Shown: positions 1 through 9,154 of the stretch, piece by piece
How positions within the stretch are numbered: the first letter of the stretch is position 1
How the letters are laid out: each line of letters opens with the position of its first letter
Origin: Promethearchaeota archaeon
GTDB lineage: Archaea; Asgardarchaeota; Lokiarchaeia; Sigyniarchaeales; Promethearchaeaceae
Length of the DNA: 32,000 bases
Assembly: GCA_016933055.1 (NCBI GenBank)
Contig: JAFGBS010000026.1
Span: forward strand, 1 to 32,000
Reading direction: 5' to 3'
Notes under the pieces: model-generated
What the model was told of the DNA's origin: nothing
Database searches by the model: none
The model's input: only the letters and a program-made list of their open reading frames with translations
Program-made: the position numbers and the translations under genes

Positions 1-192
1 AAAAAAAAAAAAAAGAACTAAGTTAGAGTTGCAGCAATTATTTAGCTTCTATTATTTTTTTCATCTTTTGACATAGTACCAAATCTACTCCGTAACGAAA
101 ATTAGTTTGTAAAAAAATTGGGATTGAATTTTTTATTCAAAAGTAAATATAAGGAAAAATAATATTGTAAATTTGAAAAACCATTTTTATTG

Positions 193-897
193 CTAAGGTT
201 TTTCTTTTTTTTCATCCAATTTATCTGCTTGATCAGATGAACTGTTATTATCAGAACTGGTTTGCTCTGATTCTTCTAAAATCGTAGCTTCCACGGGAAT
301 TGATTGGGGAGATTCTTTCTTTTTGGATACTATCACTTTCGCGGGTCTTAGTACATTTTCCCCTAAATAATAGCCTTTCTGAGCGATATTAATAACAGTA
401 TCTTCAGGATGTTGTTCATCGACCAATTTCATGAATACATCATGTTCTTTATAGTTAAAGGGAACATTAATTTCTTCAATTGGTTTTATTCCTAACCCCT
501 TTAATACTTGAAGAAATTGTTTTTGGAGAGATTTCAACCCATCTAGTAATTGTTCGTAGTCTTTCTTTGCGGTGGTTTCATACTTACTGATTGCTGCTTC
601 AAAGGAATCTACGATAGGCAAGAAATTACTAATAACCGAGACCTTTATATTGTATCTGCTATTTTCTATTCGTTTGAGTGCTATTTTTTGGCTATTCTCC
701 ATCTCAGCTTGAAGATACATTCGCTTTTTTTGGAGTTCCTCAATAGCAAATAAGGCATCGGTATATTTTTCCTCAAGACTCTTTGGTTTTGTTACCTTTT
801 TATTATTTTCTTCAATTTTTTCTTGTTTGTTTTGTTGACTGTTGTTTTCTTCCATGGAGTTCTCTTTTTTGTGCTTTGCTTTCTCCCTTTCTTTCAT
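193..897 (-). CDS. grpE: Nucleotide exchange factor GrpE
   Basis: N-terminal coiled coil (RMYLQAEMENSQK), FLPIVDSFE, C-terminal QKGYYLGENVLRPAKVIVSK typical of GrpE; lies downstream of dnaK-dnaJ on the same strand. Confidence 0.95.
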   Translation of the reverse strand: MKEREKAKHKKENSMEENNSQQNKQEKIEENNKKVTKPKSLEEKYTDALFAIEELQKKRMYLQAEMENSQKIALKRIENSRYNIKVSVISNFLPIVDSFEAAISKYETTAKKDYEQLLDGLKSLQKQFLQVLKGLGIKPIEEINVPFNYKEHDVFMKLVDEQHPEDTVINIAQKGYYLGENVLRPAKVIVSKKKESPQSIPVEATILEESEQTSSDNNSSSDQADKLDEKKEKP

Positions 898-920
898 AAT
901 TCACACCTGTTCCGGATTTA

Positions 921-2048
921 TCAAGAAAATTTTTTATATTTTTTTGGAATTGTATTATTCAGTTGATCTACTAAAGTTTGTCCTTCTTTAGTCAATTTCT
1001 TATAATCTGGAATTATTACTTCCACTGCAACAATATGGTCTCCTCGCAATTCCAATCTGTTCAAACGAGAAAATCCTTTTCCTTTAATTCGAAATTCCGT
1101 GCCACTTTGAGTGCCTGGAGGAATTCTTATTTTTCCCTTGCCATCAATCGTTTCCACAGGGATATGTGCTCCTTTCATAGCATCAATAATGGATATTCTC
1201 TGACTACTTCTAATATCCAAATTATCTCGTATGAAGTGATCATGTGGTGCAACTCGGATTGTGATGTATAAATCTCCGGGAATTGCGTCTGTGGTGGGAA
1301 TGTGTCCCATTCCTTGGACTTTTAAGGACATTCCAGATTCCACACCAGGCGGAATCGATACATTGATCTTTTTATCAACACGAACTACTTTATCCCCTCT
1401 GCACGTCAGACACTTATTTTTTATAATTTGTCCTTCTCCACGACACTGGGGGCAAGTAGTTACTTGGACTACCCGTCCAAATAATGAAGAGCGTACTTCT
1501 TGCACTTCCCCACGTCCATTGCATCGATCACAAGTTATGGTCGAATTCGACCCTCGTGCTCCTGTACCATGACAATCTGGGCATGGTTCATATCTTTTTA
1601 TTTGAACATCCTTCTTTATTCCAAAGACTGCCTCTTCGAATGAAATCTCAATTCGCTGTTCAATATCCTCTCCATATTGTTGGCGTCTTCTCCGTGAAGT
1701 TCTTGAGGATGTGCGACTTGATCCAAAAGGACCAAATCCTTCCCCAAAAAACATATCAAAAATATCTGACATACTCGAGAACCCATCTCCTCCAAATCCA
1801 CCCATTTGTGGACCATCAAATCCAAATTGATCGTAGGCTCGTCTTCGTTCATCATCACTTAAAACTGAATAAGCTTCTTGGATCTCTTTGAATTTTTCCT
1901 TTGCGGCTTCCTTTCCTTCTTTATCTTTTGTTCGGTCAGGATGATGTTGTAAAGCTAGTTTTCTAAATGCTTGTTTGATTTCATCCTTGGTGGCATCACG
2001 CGAGATCCCTAATACTTCATAATAATCTCGTTTGTTTTTTTTACTCAT
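921..2048 (-). CDS. dnaJ: Chaperone DnaJ (class A J-protein)
   Basis: J-domain (DYYEVLG, HPD), G/F-rich region, four CxxCxGxG-type repeats (CPDCHGTG, CDRCNGRG, CPQCRGEG, CLTCRGDK), C-terminal substrate-binding domains. Confidence 0.98.
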   Translation of the reverse strand: MSKKNKRDYYEVLGISRDATKDEIKQAFRKLALQHHPDRTKDKEGKEAAKEKFKEIQEAYSVLSDDERRRAYDQFGFDGPQMGGFGGDGFSSMSDIFDMFFGEGFGPFGSSRTSSRTSRRRRQQYGEDIEQRIEISFEEAVFGIKKDVQIKRYEPCPDCHGTGARGSNSTITCDRCNGRGEVQEVRSSLFGRVVQVTTCPQCRGEGQIIKNKCLTCRGDKVVRVDKKINVSIPPGVESGMSLKVQGMGHIPTTDAIPGDLYITIRVAPHDHFIRDNLDIRSSQRISIIDAMKGAHIPVETIDGKGKIRIPPGTQSGTEFRIKGKGFSRLNRLELRGDHIVAVEVIIPDYKKLTKEGQTLVDQLNNTIPKKYKKFS

Positions 2049-2128
2049 TCTCTTGACCTGTAATTTTGTTTATTTGATTTGTAAAAATAGGTGAAAATAA
2101 GGGGGGGATCTATGGGTGAGGAGATTTC

Positions 2129-4084
2129 CTAATCTTCCTCTTCCCAATCTACATCTACTGATTTTTTCTTCTTCTTCTTTTTAGGGTCCTCTTCGTAAGT
2201 TGCACCACCTGCACCTTTCGATTTTGCAGCATCTTGTGCGGCACGAGCGAAATCTTCCGCGTTAAATCCCGCTCCTCCCGGACCACCGGCAGCACCACTT
2301 GCTTGATAAATTTTAGTCCCAAATTTTTGAACTGATTCGTTTAACGTGTCATAGGTCGATTTGATTTTAGTATAATCCTCGGTTTTCAATGCATCTTTGA
2401 CATCATCTATTGCTCGAACTAGTTCATTTTTTAATGCGTCATCCAATTTATCAGTGTGCTCTTTCATCAATTTCTCAGTTTGGTATACCAGAGATTCAGC
2501 GTTATTTCTAGTTTCTACCCGTTCTTTCTTTACCTTATCGTCTTCTTCGTATTTCTTTGCTTCCTCAACCATCTTTTGAACATCCTCATCTCTGAGATCT
2601 CCTTTATTACGTTCGATGGTGATTTTCTGTTCTTTACCAGTTCCCAAATCTTTTGCGGTCACATTAACAATTCCATTTTCATCAATCTCAAATTTCACTT
2701 CAATTTGCGGTACACCACGAGGAGCAGGAGGGATTCCTTCTAATCGAAATCGTCCAAGAGATAAATTATCTGCTGCCATAGGTCGTTCACCTTGTAATAC
2801 ATTTATCTCAACAGCCGGTTGATTATCCGCTGCAGTTGAGAAAACTTTCGCGCGTTCACATGGGATAGTGGTATTTCTTTCGATTAAGGGAGTTCTTACC
2901 CCCCCAAGAGTTTCAATTCCTAGAGTGAGTGGAGTTACATCTAATAACAATAATTCATCAACATCTCCAGCCATAACTGCAGCTTGTATAGCCGCTCCGA
3001 TTGCAACACATTCCATTGGATCAACACTACGCTCTGGCTCTTTACCGAAGAATTTCTTGAAAGTTTCTCGAACTGAGGGCATACGTGTTGGTCCCCCGAC
3101 AAGGATCACTTTATCTATGTTACTTGGAGAGAAACCCGCGTCATCAATTGCACGTTGCATCGGCGCTTCAAGGCGTTTCAATACAGGCGCAATTAACTCT
3201 TCGAGTTTTGCACGAGTAAGTTCTATATCTAAATGTAATGGACCATTTTCATTTTGCGAAATGAATGGAAGATTGATGTTCGTCGAGTATGATGTGGAGA
3301 GTTCAATTTTTGCTTTTTCACTAGCTTCCAACACACGCGCCATAGCCGTTGAATCATCTCTAAGAGATAGATTATTCTTCCTCTTGAACTCAGACACAAC
3401 CCAATCGACAATCATTTTGTCCATATCTGTCCCTCCGAGAGCTGTATCTCCAGAAGTACTTAATACTTCGAAAACACCTTTACCGTCAACGGCTCCCATT
3501 TCCATAATAGTAACATCAAAAGTTCCTCCACCAAGATCTAAAACACAAATCTTTAGTGTTTTTTCTTTACTCTTATCTAAACCATACGCAAGGCATGCAG
3601 CAGTGGGTTCATTTATGATACGAACAACTTCTAAACCAGCAATAGTCCCTGCATCTTTAGTTGCCGTACGCTGGGCGTCGTTAAAATACGCAGGTACTGT
3701 AATTACTGCTTTTTTAATAGGTTCTCCGACATAAGCTTCACTATCTACTTTAATTTTTGTCAGGATCATTGCAGAAATTTCTTGAGGTGTGAATTCTTTA
3801 TCGTCAATTTTTATTTTATACCCCGTACCCATTTTTCTTTTAATCGCATGAATCGTACGATCGGGATTAGATACAGCTTGACGGCGCGCAGGCTCCCCAA
3901 TGAGTCGTGTTCCATCTTTTGAAAATGCAACATATGAGGGGAAAGCTTTACCTCCTAAAGATACTCCCTCTGCGGATGGAATCACTTCAGGTTTTCCACC
4001 AACTACTATAGCAGCGGCAGAATTTGAGGTCCCTAAGTCAATCCCAATAATTCTTTCTTTCTTAGTTTTTTTATCTTCTGTCAT
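2129..4084 (-). CDS. dnaK: Chaperone DnaK (Hsp70)
   Basis: [37 protein letters not shown] and [14 protein letters not shown] motifs; lacks the ~23-aa N-terminal insert, as in archaeal and Gram-positive DnaK. Confidence 0.99.
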   Translation of the reverse strand: MTEDKKTKKERIIGIDLGTSNSAAAIVVGGKPEVIPSAEGVSLGGKAFPSYVAFSKDGTRLIGEPARRQAVSNPDRTIHAIKRKMGTGYKIKIDDKEFTPQEISAMILTKIKVDSEAYVGEPIKKAVITVPAYFNDAQRTATKDAGTIAGLEVVRIINEPTAACLAYGLDKSKEKTLKICVLDLGGGTFDVTIMEMGAVDGKGVFEVLSTSGDTALGGTDMDKMIVDWVVSEFKRKNNLSLRDDSTAMARVLEASEKAKIELSTSYSTNINLPFISQNENGPLHLDIELTRAKLEELIAPVLKRLEAPMQRAIDDAGFSPSNIDKVILVGGPTRMPSVRETFKKFFGKEPERSVDPMECVAIGAAIQAAVMAGDVDELLLLDVTPLTLGIETLGGVRTPLIERNTTIPCERAKVFSTAADNQPAVEINVLQGERPMAADNLSLGRFRLEGIPPAPRGVPQIEVKFEIDENGIVNVTAKDLGTGKEQKITIERNKGDLRDEDVQKMVEEAKKYEEDDKVKKERVETRNNAESLVYQTEKLMKEHTDKLDDALKNELVRAIDDVKDALKTEDYTKIKSTYDTLNESVQKFGTKIYQASGAAGGPGGAGFNAEDFARAAQDAAKSKGAGGATYEEDPKKKKKKKSVDVDWEEED

Positions 4085-4103
4085 TTTTCTTCACTAATGA
4101 TTG

Positions 4104-4137
4104 TTAACTTTTGGTTAATTAAAACAAACCTTTATAG
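4104..4137 (-). promoter_or_regulatory. dnaK promoter: TATA box (TATAAA, 4131-4136 on minus strand) and TTAAC-N5-GTTAA inverted repeat (4104-4118)
   Basis: Perfect 5-bp arms with a 5-nt spacer, lying between the TATA-like box and the dnaK start; resembles the archaeal HSR1/Phr heat-shock operator core. Confidence 0.6.
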
Positions 4138-4370
4138 TAATATTATTTATTCTTTCTTAAAAGGCTAACGATTTTGTCATCTAGAGAAATAATCAATATC
4201 TTGGATTTTTTCTAGAAGAGGAGATAAGGAAATTGATACAAATGTTCCCTGTTTCATACGATAAATCATTATTTCCTAACAGACGGGATTAAGAAAATTT
4301 TGGATTAATATAATGACAATGATTTTTTTCCTATGGATTGTGAAAGAAATTCTTTCATTATTTCTACTTA

Positions 4371-5285
4371 TCACATGAGTTTAGTTTTTTGAAAAACGAG
4401 ACAATAATGATGATGTACATTAGAAATATAGGTATTAGGATATCCCCATATCCCTAATTTTTTATCGCTCTGACACCATATCATTTCCTGACGTAATGAA
4501 AATGAACCTTGTTCTCGCATTTTCAAAGCAAATTCCCATGCTAATGGATAAAATTGCTGCTTCTCTTTAAGAGTGTTTTGCATAATTACTACACAATAAC
4601 CATTGTCTTTCATTGCTTCTGCTATTTTGCTATATATATCTAGCAATGTATCCAAAAATTCATTATAATCTTCGATATTGCCTAGATCCTTTTCGAGTGT
4701 GCTAAATGTTGCGTCATAACCTTTTGCGATTCGATCTTTCTGTGTTGAATCTGAACCTCCTCGAGAATGATCCAGCATATCCCAATATGGTGGTGAACTA
4801 ATACAGAAATCAAATTTAGGTAATGTGGAGATTGTATCGATGCAATGAACATCTCCCAAAATTACATATTGATTAGTTCTTTTAGCGCCAATTTCAGCCC
4901 ATTTCTCTGATAGTTCGAAACCTATAGCGTTTCTCTCCACGGATTGTGCTGCAACCAAGGTGGAAGCAGTGCCACAGAAAGGATCAAGTACCCATGCACC
5001 TTTTTTGGTGAAAAATTTGATGAAACGGGCTATCAAATCCTCAGGGTATTTTGCTGGATGAAGGTCCTCTCCTTTCTTTTTATCTCTTGGTTTTGGTTTG
5101 TGAATGAACCAACTACGTGAGAAATGGATCCATTCTTTTCCCGTGAGATGATTTAGGGTATTTCTGGGGTGATAGGTCCCTCGTTCAGATACAATTACTG
5201 AATCGGGTTCTGCGGGTTGTTGATAAAATGGTGGGAACTTAAAGTCTAGATTTTGCTTCCAACGGATTAAATTATTTGATTTCAT
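4371..5285 (-). CDS. Orphan amino (N4-C/N6-A) DNA methyltransferase, permuted motif order
   Basis: HPAKYP element, motif I DPFCGTAS and catalytic motif IV SPPYW (in that order); no adjacent endonuclease ORF. Confidence 0.85.
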   Translation of the reverse strand: MKSNNLIRWKQNLDFKFPPFYQQPAEPDSVIVSERGTYHPRNTLNHLTGKEWIHFSRSWFIHKPKPRDKKKGEDLHPAKYPEDLIARFIKFFTKKGAWVLDPFCGTASTLVAAQSVERNAIGFELSEKWAEIGAKRTNQYVILGDVHCIDTISTLPKFDFCISSPPYWDMLDHSRGGSDSTQKDRIAKGYDATFSTLEKDLGNIEDYNEFLDTLLDIYSKIAEAMKDNGYCVVIMQNTLKEKQQFYPLAWEFALKMREQGSFSLRQEMIWCQSDKKLGIWGYPNTYISNVHHHYCLVFQKTKLM

Positions 5286-5395
5286 CCCAAATCTACTATT
5301 TTAGCATGTACTTAAAAAGATAAAAAACCTTATAAAAAAAATACATGCATTATGATTGAACCTTGTTGGTGAATTTATAGATTAAGGAAGGTGAT

Positions 5396-7273
5396 TTAAG
5401 ACGAGCTTTTTACTATAGGTTTTTCTACAGGGATATGGAGGGCTTTATGTTTTAGTTCCATTAACTCGTTGATTTCCTTTTGCACATTTGTGTGATCCAA
5501 ACCTACTTTATTATAAAACTGAGCACGTTTTGAATCCTCTTTTGTGGGTAGTCCAAATCCCCGTGCAATCCAGTAGATCAAATCCACAATAAGTTTAGAG
5601 GGTCCCGAAATATCCCTTGCCTTCCTTAGGGATTTAATCGTTTCTATATCCCAACCACCTAACAAGGCATGAATGGGGAAAAATACTAAGAATGGGCCAA
5701 CTATTAATGACCCAATGATAATAATAATAGACGAGAGTGCAGTACTCATATATACGGTCAATATGGGTAATAAAAAGTAACTGGCAATATACAATAATAG
5801 GATTTCTGCAAAAGCAGCAAGTAAGGGGGAAATGAGGGTTTGCCATTGGTTGATTCTCAATTCTGGAACACGTTTTCGTACAAGGAAAAGGCTTATTATC
5901 CATTTTACAATCCATCCCACTCCGAGGGAAATTACAAATGCTAATCCCCCTATCTGAGGTATCCAGTAAATTAAAAGGAACAACGTTCCAATGCGGATAA
6001 TTTGTTCTATTAAAATACCCACAATCGTGTATTCTGGTTTTCCAGATGCAATTAGGACGGTATCATTCACACTCGCAAGAACTTCCATCCAACGGAATCC
6101 TACGAGGATTTGGATGAGAATTATCGCATTTTTATAGTAAGAACCGGCGATGTTCCCTAATAGTGGTGCAATTGCTATGATGAATGCTCCTAAGAACCCA
6201 TTCACCATCGATGACCATCTATACTGCTGGTTGATGTAGTTGCGTGTGAGTGCAAATTTTCTATTGTGATAGGCTTCTGCTAGGGAGGATGTAGTAGGGA
6301 ATGAAAATGTTGATAGAGCACTACTAATTAATTGTGCTACATAGAACAAGCCAATAATAGTGGAGTAATTCGGTAGGAAATTAGTATAAATTAATACGAC
6401 AATAAGATTAGCACCTGGCACAATTAAACTGGGAACTAATGAACGTAATCCAAACCATAAGCTATTTTTTATTACATCTTTATCTACTCGAGGAATAAAC
6501 ACATCCACAAGTTTTATACGCGGATCAATTTTTTGTAAAACAGGTAAGGTCCATTTAGCAGCGATCGCTGCTGCGATGAAGTCATCAGCATAAGCTCCGA
6601 CAATACTCCCTATTGTTATTCCCATTAGTTCCCCAATGCCGGGTAATGCCCGTCCAATATACTTGCCAGCAAACACAAATGCAATCCGGGTGCTGGATTC
6701 AAGGATTACACCTTGGAAAAATCTCACCATAGAACTTTTATGAAATTGTTGGTAAGACTCCAATGTAGCTCGAAATACTCCTAAAAATCCAGGATACTGT
6801 ATTGTACTATGAAGTAGAAGAAAATAGGAAGCATATGCTAAATTTGATTCGTTGACACCCCCATATAGAACCCAAATGGCAATACCTGTCACTTGAAGCA
6901 AGCCCGAAATCATTTGGAACCAAATGAAAAATCGAATATAATGCAAGGATTTTAGTGGTTCTTTTACAGCGATTTCACCGATGAATCTTTGTAATGCCGA
7001 TCCGATCCCCAAATCAGCCAAAATAAATGTTAAATAAAATAATTGGGTTGTCATTTCCTGCCATCCGAGGGTTTCAGGATACGGATAAACATATCTTGGT
7101 AGAAGATATAAATTAATAACAACACCAAAAAGAATGGTTAAGACTATCAGAGTTAGATTATATAAGAGTCCTCCAAGAGGCCTATGAAACCCCACTTCAT
7201 CCCATAAACGTTCTTGAGTGGTATGAACATCCATCTTGTCATCTTGTACAGCTTTACTCTTAGCCCTCATCAA
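5396..7273 (-). CDS. Polytopic membrane protein, probable MOP-superfamily (oligosaccharide flippase/MATE-like) transporter
   Basis: About 13-14 hydrophobic segments; early FILADLGIGSALQRFIGE motif resembles the DLG motif of flippases. Confidence 0.65.
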   Translation of the reverse strand: MMRAKSKAVQDDKMDVHTTQERLWDEVGFHRPLGGLLYNLTLIVLTILFGVVINLYLLPRYVYPYPETLGWQEMTTQLFYLTFILADLGIGSALQRFIGEIAVKEPLKSLHYIRFFIWFQMISGLLQVTGIAIWVLYGGVNESNLAYASYFLLLHSTIQYPGFLGVFRATLESYQQFHKSSMVRFFQGVILESSTRIAFVFAGKYIGRALPGIGELMGITIGSIVGAYADDFIAAAIAAKWTLPVLQKIDPRIKLVDVFIPRVDKDVIKNSLWFGLRSLVPSLIVPGANLIVVLIYTNFLPNYSTIIGLFYVAQLISSALSTFSFPTTSSLAEAYHNRKFALTRNYINQQYRWSSMVNGFLGAFIIAIAPLLGNIAGSYYKNAIILIQILVGFRWMEVLASVNDTVLIASGKPEYTIVGILIEQIIRIGTLFLLIYWIPQIGGLAFVISLGVGWIVKWIISLFLVRKRVPELRINQWQTLISPLLAAFAEILLLYIASYFLLPILTVYMSTALSSIIIIIGSLIVGPFLVFFPIHALLGGWDIETIKSLRKARDISGPSKLIVDLIYWIARGFGLPTKEDSKRAQFYNKVGLDHTNVQKEINELMELKHKALHIPVEKPIVKSSS

Positions 7274-7559
7274 TATTGCCCCGTTCTTTTTCGCATTTTT
7301 TTAATTTTGTCAACAATTAAATTATTTGTCTAGGATTTTGTTTGAAAGAATAAATTAATTACGAACTTAAAAAATTATCGATGATTTATATTATTAAGTA
7401 TTGCAAGAATTATTGGAATCTTCCCAATATCTGCATAATACATTCTGTCGGGGGCTACAACTCTCCCTAAATCCTAAAGAAGATGGTTATCTACACTTTT
7501 ACAATTTCCTTACTTTCTCTAATGAGAAGATTAAAAACATCACAAAAAAATTCTAATGT

Positions 7560-7901
7560 ATGGATCATTACAATTTTTCTGCTGTTAAGGAAGAAGCGGT
7601 TACCGATTTTGGATCCACAAAAACCACTATACGAATATTGATCGAACCAAATCATGCACCAAATTTCATTATGAGGAGATTTGAAATTCAACCTGGAGGG
7701 AATATTGGTATCCATAATCATTGGAATGAGCATGAGATATATATCCTCGCAGGAGAAATGGATCTCCTCGATAAAGATGGAAATAAAACTCATGTAGTAG
7801 AAAATGATTTTGTTTTTATGCCCCCTAATGAACTGCATGGGTATCTAAATGAATCAGATAAGCCAGTTATTTTTCTCTGCGTAGTACCCAAATCGAAATG
7901 A
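7560..7901 (+). CDS. Cupin domain protein
   Basis: Cupin motifs GIHNHWNEHEIYIL and PPNELHGY. Confidence 0.9.
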   Translation: MDHYNFSAVKEEAVTDFGSTKTTIRILIEPNHAPNFIMRRFEIQPGGNIGIHNHWNEHEIYILAGEMDLLDKDGNKTHVVENDFVFMPPNELHGYLNESDKPVIFLCVVPKSK

Positions 7902-8007
7902 CCTAATTGAATCCAGGAAATATGGTTTATTTTTTTAATTTGTTTGCGCCGAATACAAATACTTCATAAGAAATGACTTTAGTTACTTGCATCGGTTATT
8001 CACTCGT

Positions 8008-8346
8008 ATGGAGCCTTTAACCGAAAAAAAATGCGTACCCTGTGAGGGAAAAATTTCTCCATTATCTGAATCCCAAGAAAAAAAATACTTACAACAGGTT
8101 TCTGGGTGGGAACTTAATCATGAGGGAATTCACCGTATTTCAAAAAAATTCATATTTAAGGACTTTAAAGAAAGTATGCAATTTGTGACTGCAGTAGCAG
8201 ATCTAGCCGAAGAAGAGGGGCACCATCCTGACATTCACATTTATTATAACCATGTGAACTTAGAACTGCATACACATGCGATAAAGGGATTGCATCAAAA
8301 TGATTTCATTTTAGCTTCGAAGATTAATAAGATCAACAAATACTAA
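8008..8346 (+). CDS. phhB: Pterin-4-alpha-carbinolamine dehydratase
   Basis: CVPCEG N-terminus, AEEEGHHPDI and THAIKGLHQNDFILA motifs. Start moved from the TTG at 7987 to the ATG at 8008. Confidence 0.9.
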   Translation: MEPLTEKKCVPCEGKISPLSESQEKKYLQQVSGWELNHEGIHRISKKFIFKDFKESMQFVTAVADLAEEEGHHPDIHIYYNHVNLELHTHAIKGLHQNDFILASKINKINKY

Positions 8347-8361
8347 AAAAAAACTCAACAG

Positions 8362-9024
8362 CTATAAATTTATGATTGTCCCCACCCCTCCTTGAATATA
8401 TTTCTTAGGGAATTGCTTTTTAATTGTCTTAATATGTTGTGTGCAATGAGTAGGGCAAATAATACTTAGTGGATCCACCAATCTAAATTCATTGAAACCA
8501 TGTAAACCTCCGATTAATGCATATGGATTGCCAAATTCTGTGCATTTCTTAAGAATTTGACTCACACCCGAATGAGAGCATCCTGCGACAGCGATCATTC
8601 CCTTATTCGTGCCGAAATATAAAGATTGTTCAACCAATCCACGTCTTCCCTCGCACAACAACAAACCAGACGAAAAAATTTTATCAGTTATTTGTGTCGC
8701 ATCCTCTAAAACACGTACTTTGTTTTTATATATGGAATGACCGATCTCAATTGGAACGAAGACATCTGCATGTGTGTTTAAGTCCATTACAGAAAAAAGT
8801 CCTCCCATGTGGTCCCCGTGTTGGTGAGACACAAATATCAGATCAGCATCATTAGGATCTATATTCAATTTTTCCATATTTGAGAGGAGTATTTGTGGTT
8901 TAGTTCCCGTATCAAAGAGTATTTGATTTTCGAGAGTTTCAATATAGCAAGAAAATCCCCAATCTGCAACCAAATCACTACTTCTAGTGGTATTATCATA
9001 TACAATTGTAATTTTGACATTCAT
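8362..9024 (-). CDS. Metallo-beta-lactamase-fold protein (COG1237-like)
   Basis: WGFS, LFDTG, SHQHGDHMGG, GCSHSG, GGLH and PTHCT motifs. Confidence 0.85.
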   Translation of the reverse strand: MNVKITIVYDNTTRSSDLVADWGFSCYIETLENQILFDTGTKPQILLSNMEKLNIDPNDADLIFVSHQHGDHMGGLFSVMDLNTHADVFVPIEIGHSIYKNKVRVLEDATQITDKIFSSGLLLCEGRRGLVEQSLYFGTNKGMIAVAGCSHSGVSQILKKCTEFGNPYALIGGLHGFNEFRLVDPLSIICPTHCTQHIKTIKKQFPKKYIQGGVGTIINL

Positions 9025-9154
9025 AAGCTAGTACTAAATATATGCTTATAAAGAAAAATATACTGAAAAAAGTACGAAAAAAAGAGAAGAAAAGCTAAAA
9101 AAATTCGCAGTAAGTATGAAAAAAAAAAATTTAAAAAGAATTACTCAACATAGA

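Noticed and set aside
1-13. Poly-A run at the window start (also poly-T near 15925-15940)
   Set aside because: Consistent with ordinary archaeal oligo-T terminators downstream of genes or with homopolymer noise.
2087-2097. ATAGGTGAAAA identical to 16020-16030
   Set aside because: Single 11-mer with no flanking similarity or partner arm; could be chance or part of a terminator.
2129-2160. DnaK ending WEEED as a eukaryotic EEVD motif
   Set aside because: Not EEVD, and it aligns equally well with the prokaryotic D(A/V)(E/D)(F/W)EE tail.
4210-4217. TTCTAGAA resembling a eukaryotic heat-shock element upstream of dnaK
   Set aside because: Only one inverted pair, whereas a functional HSE needs three or more nGAAn units; likely chance in AT-rich DNA.
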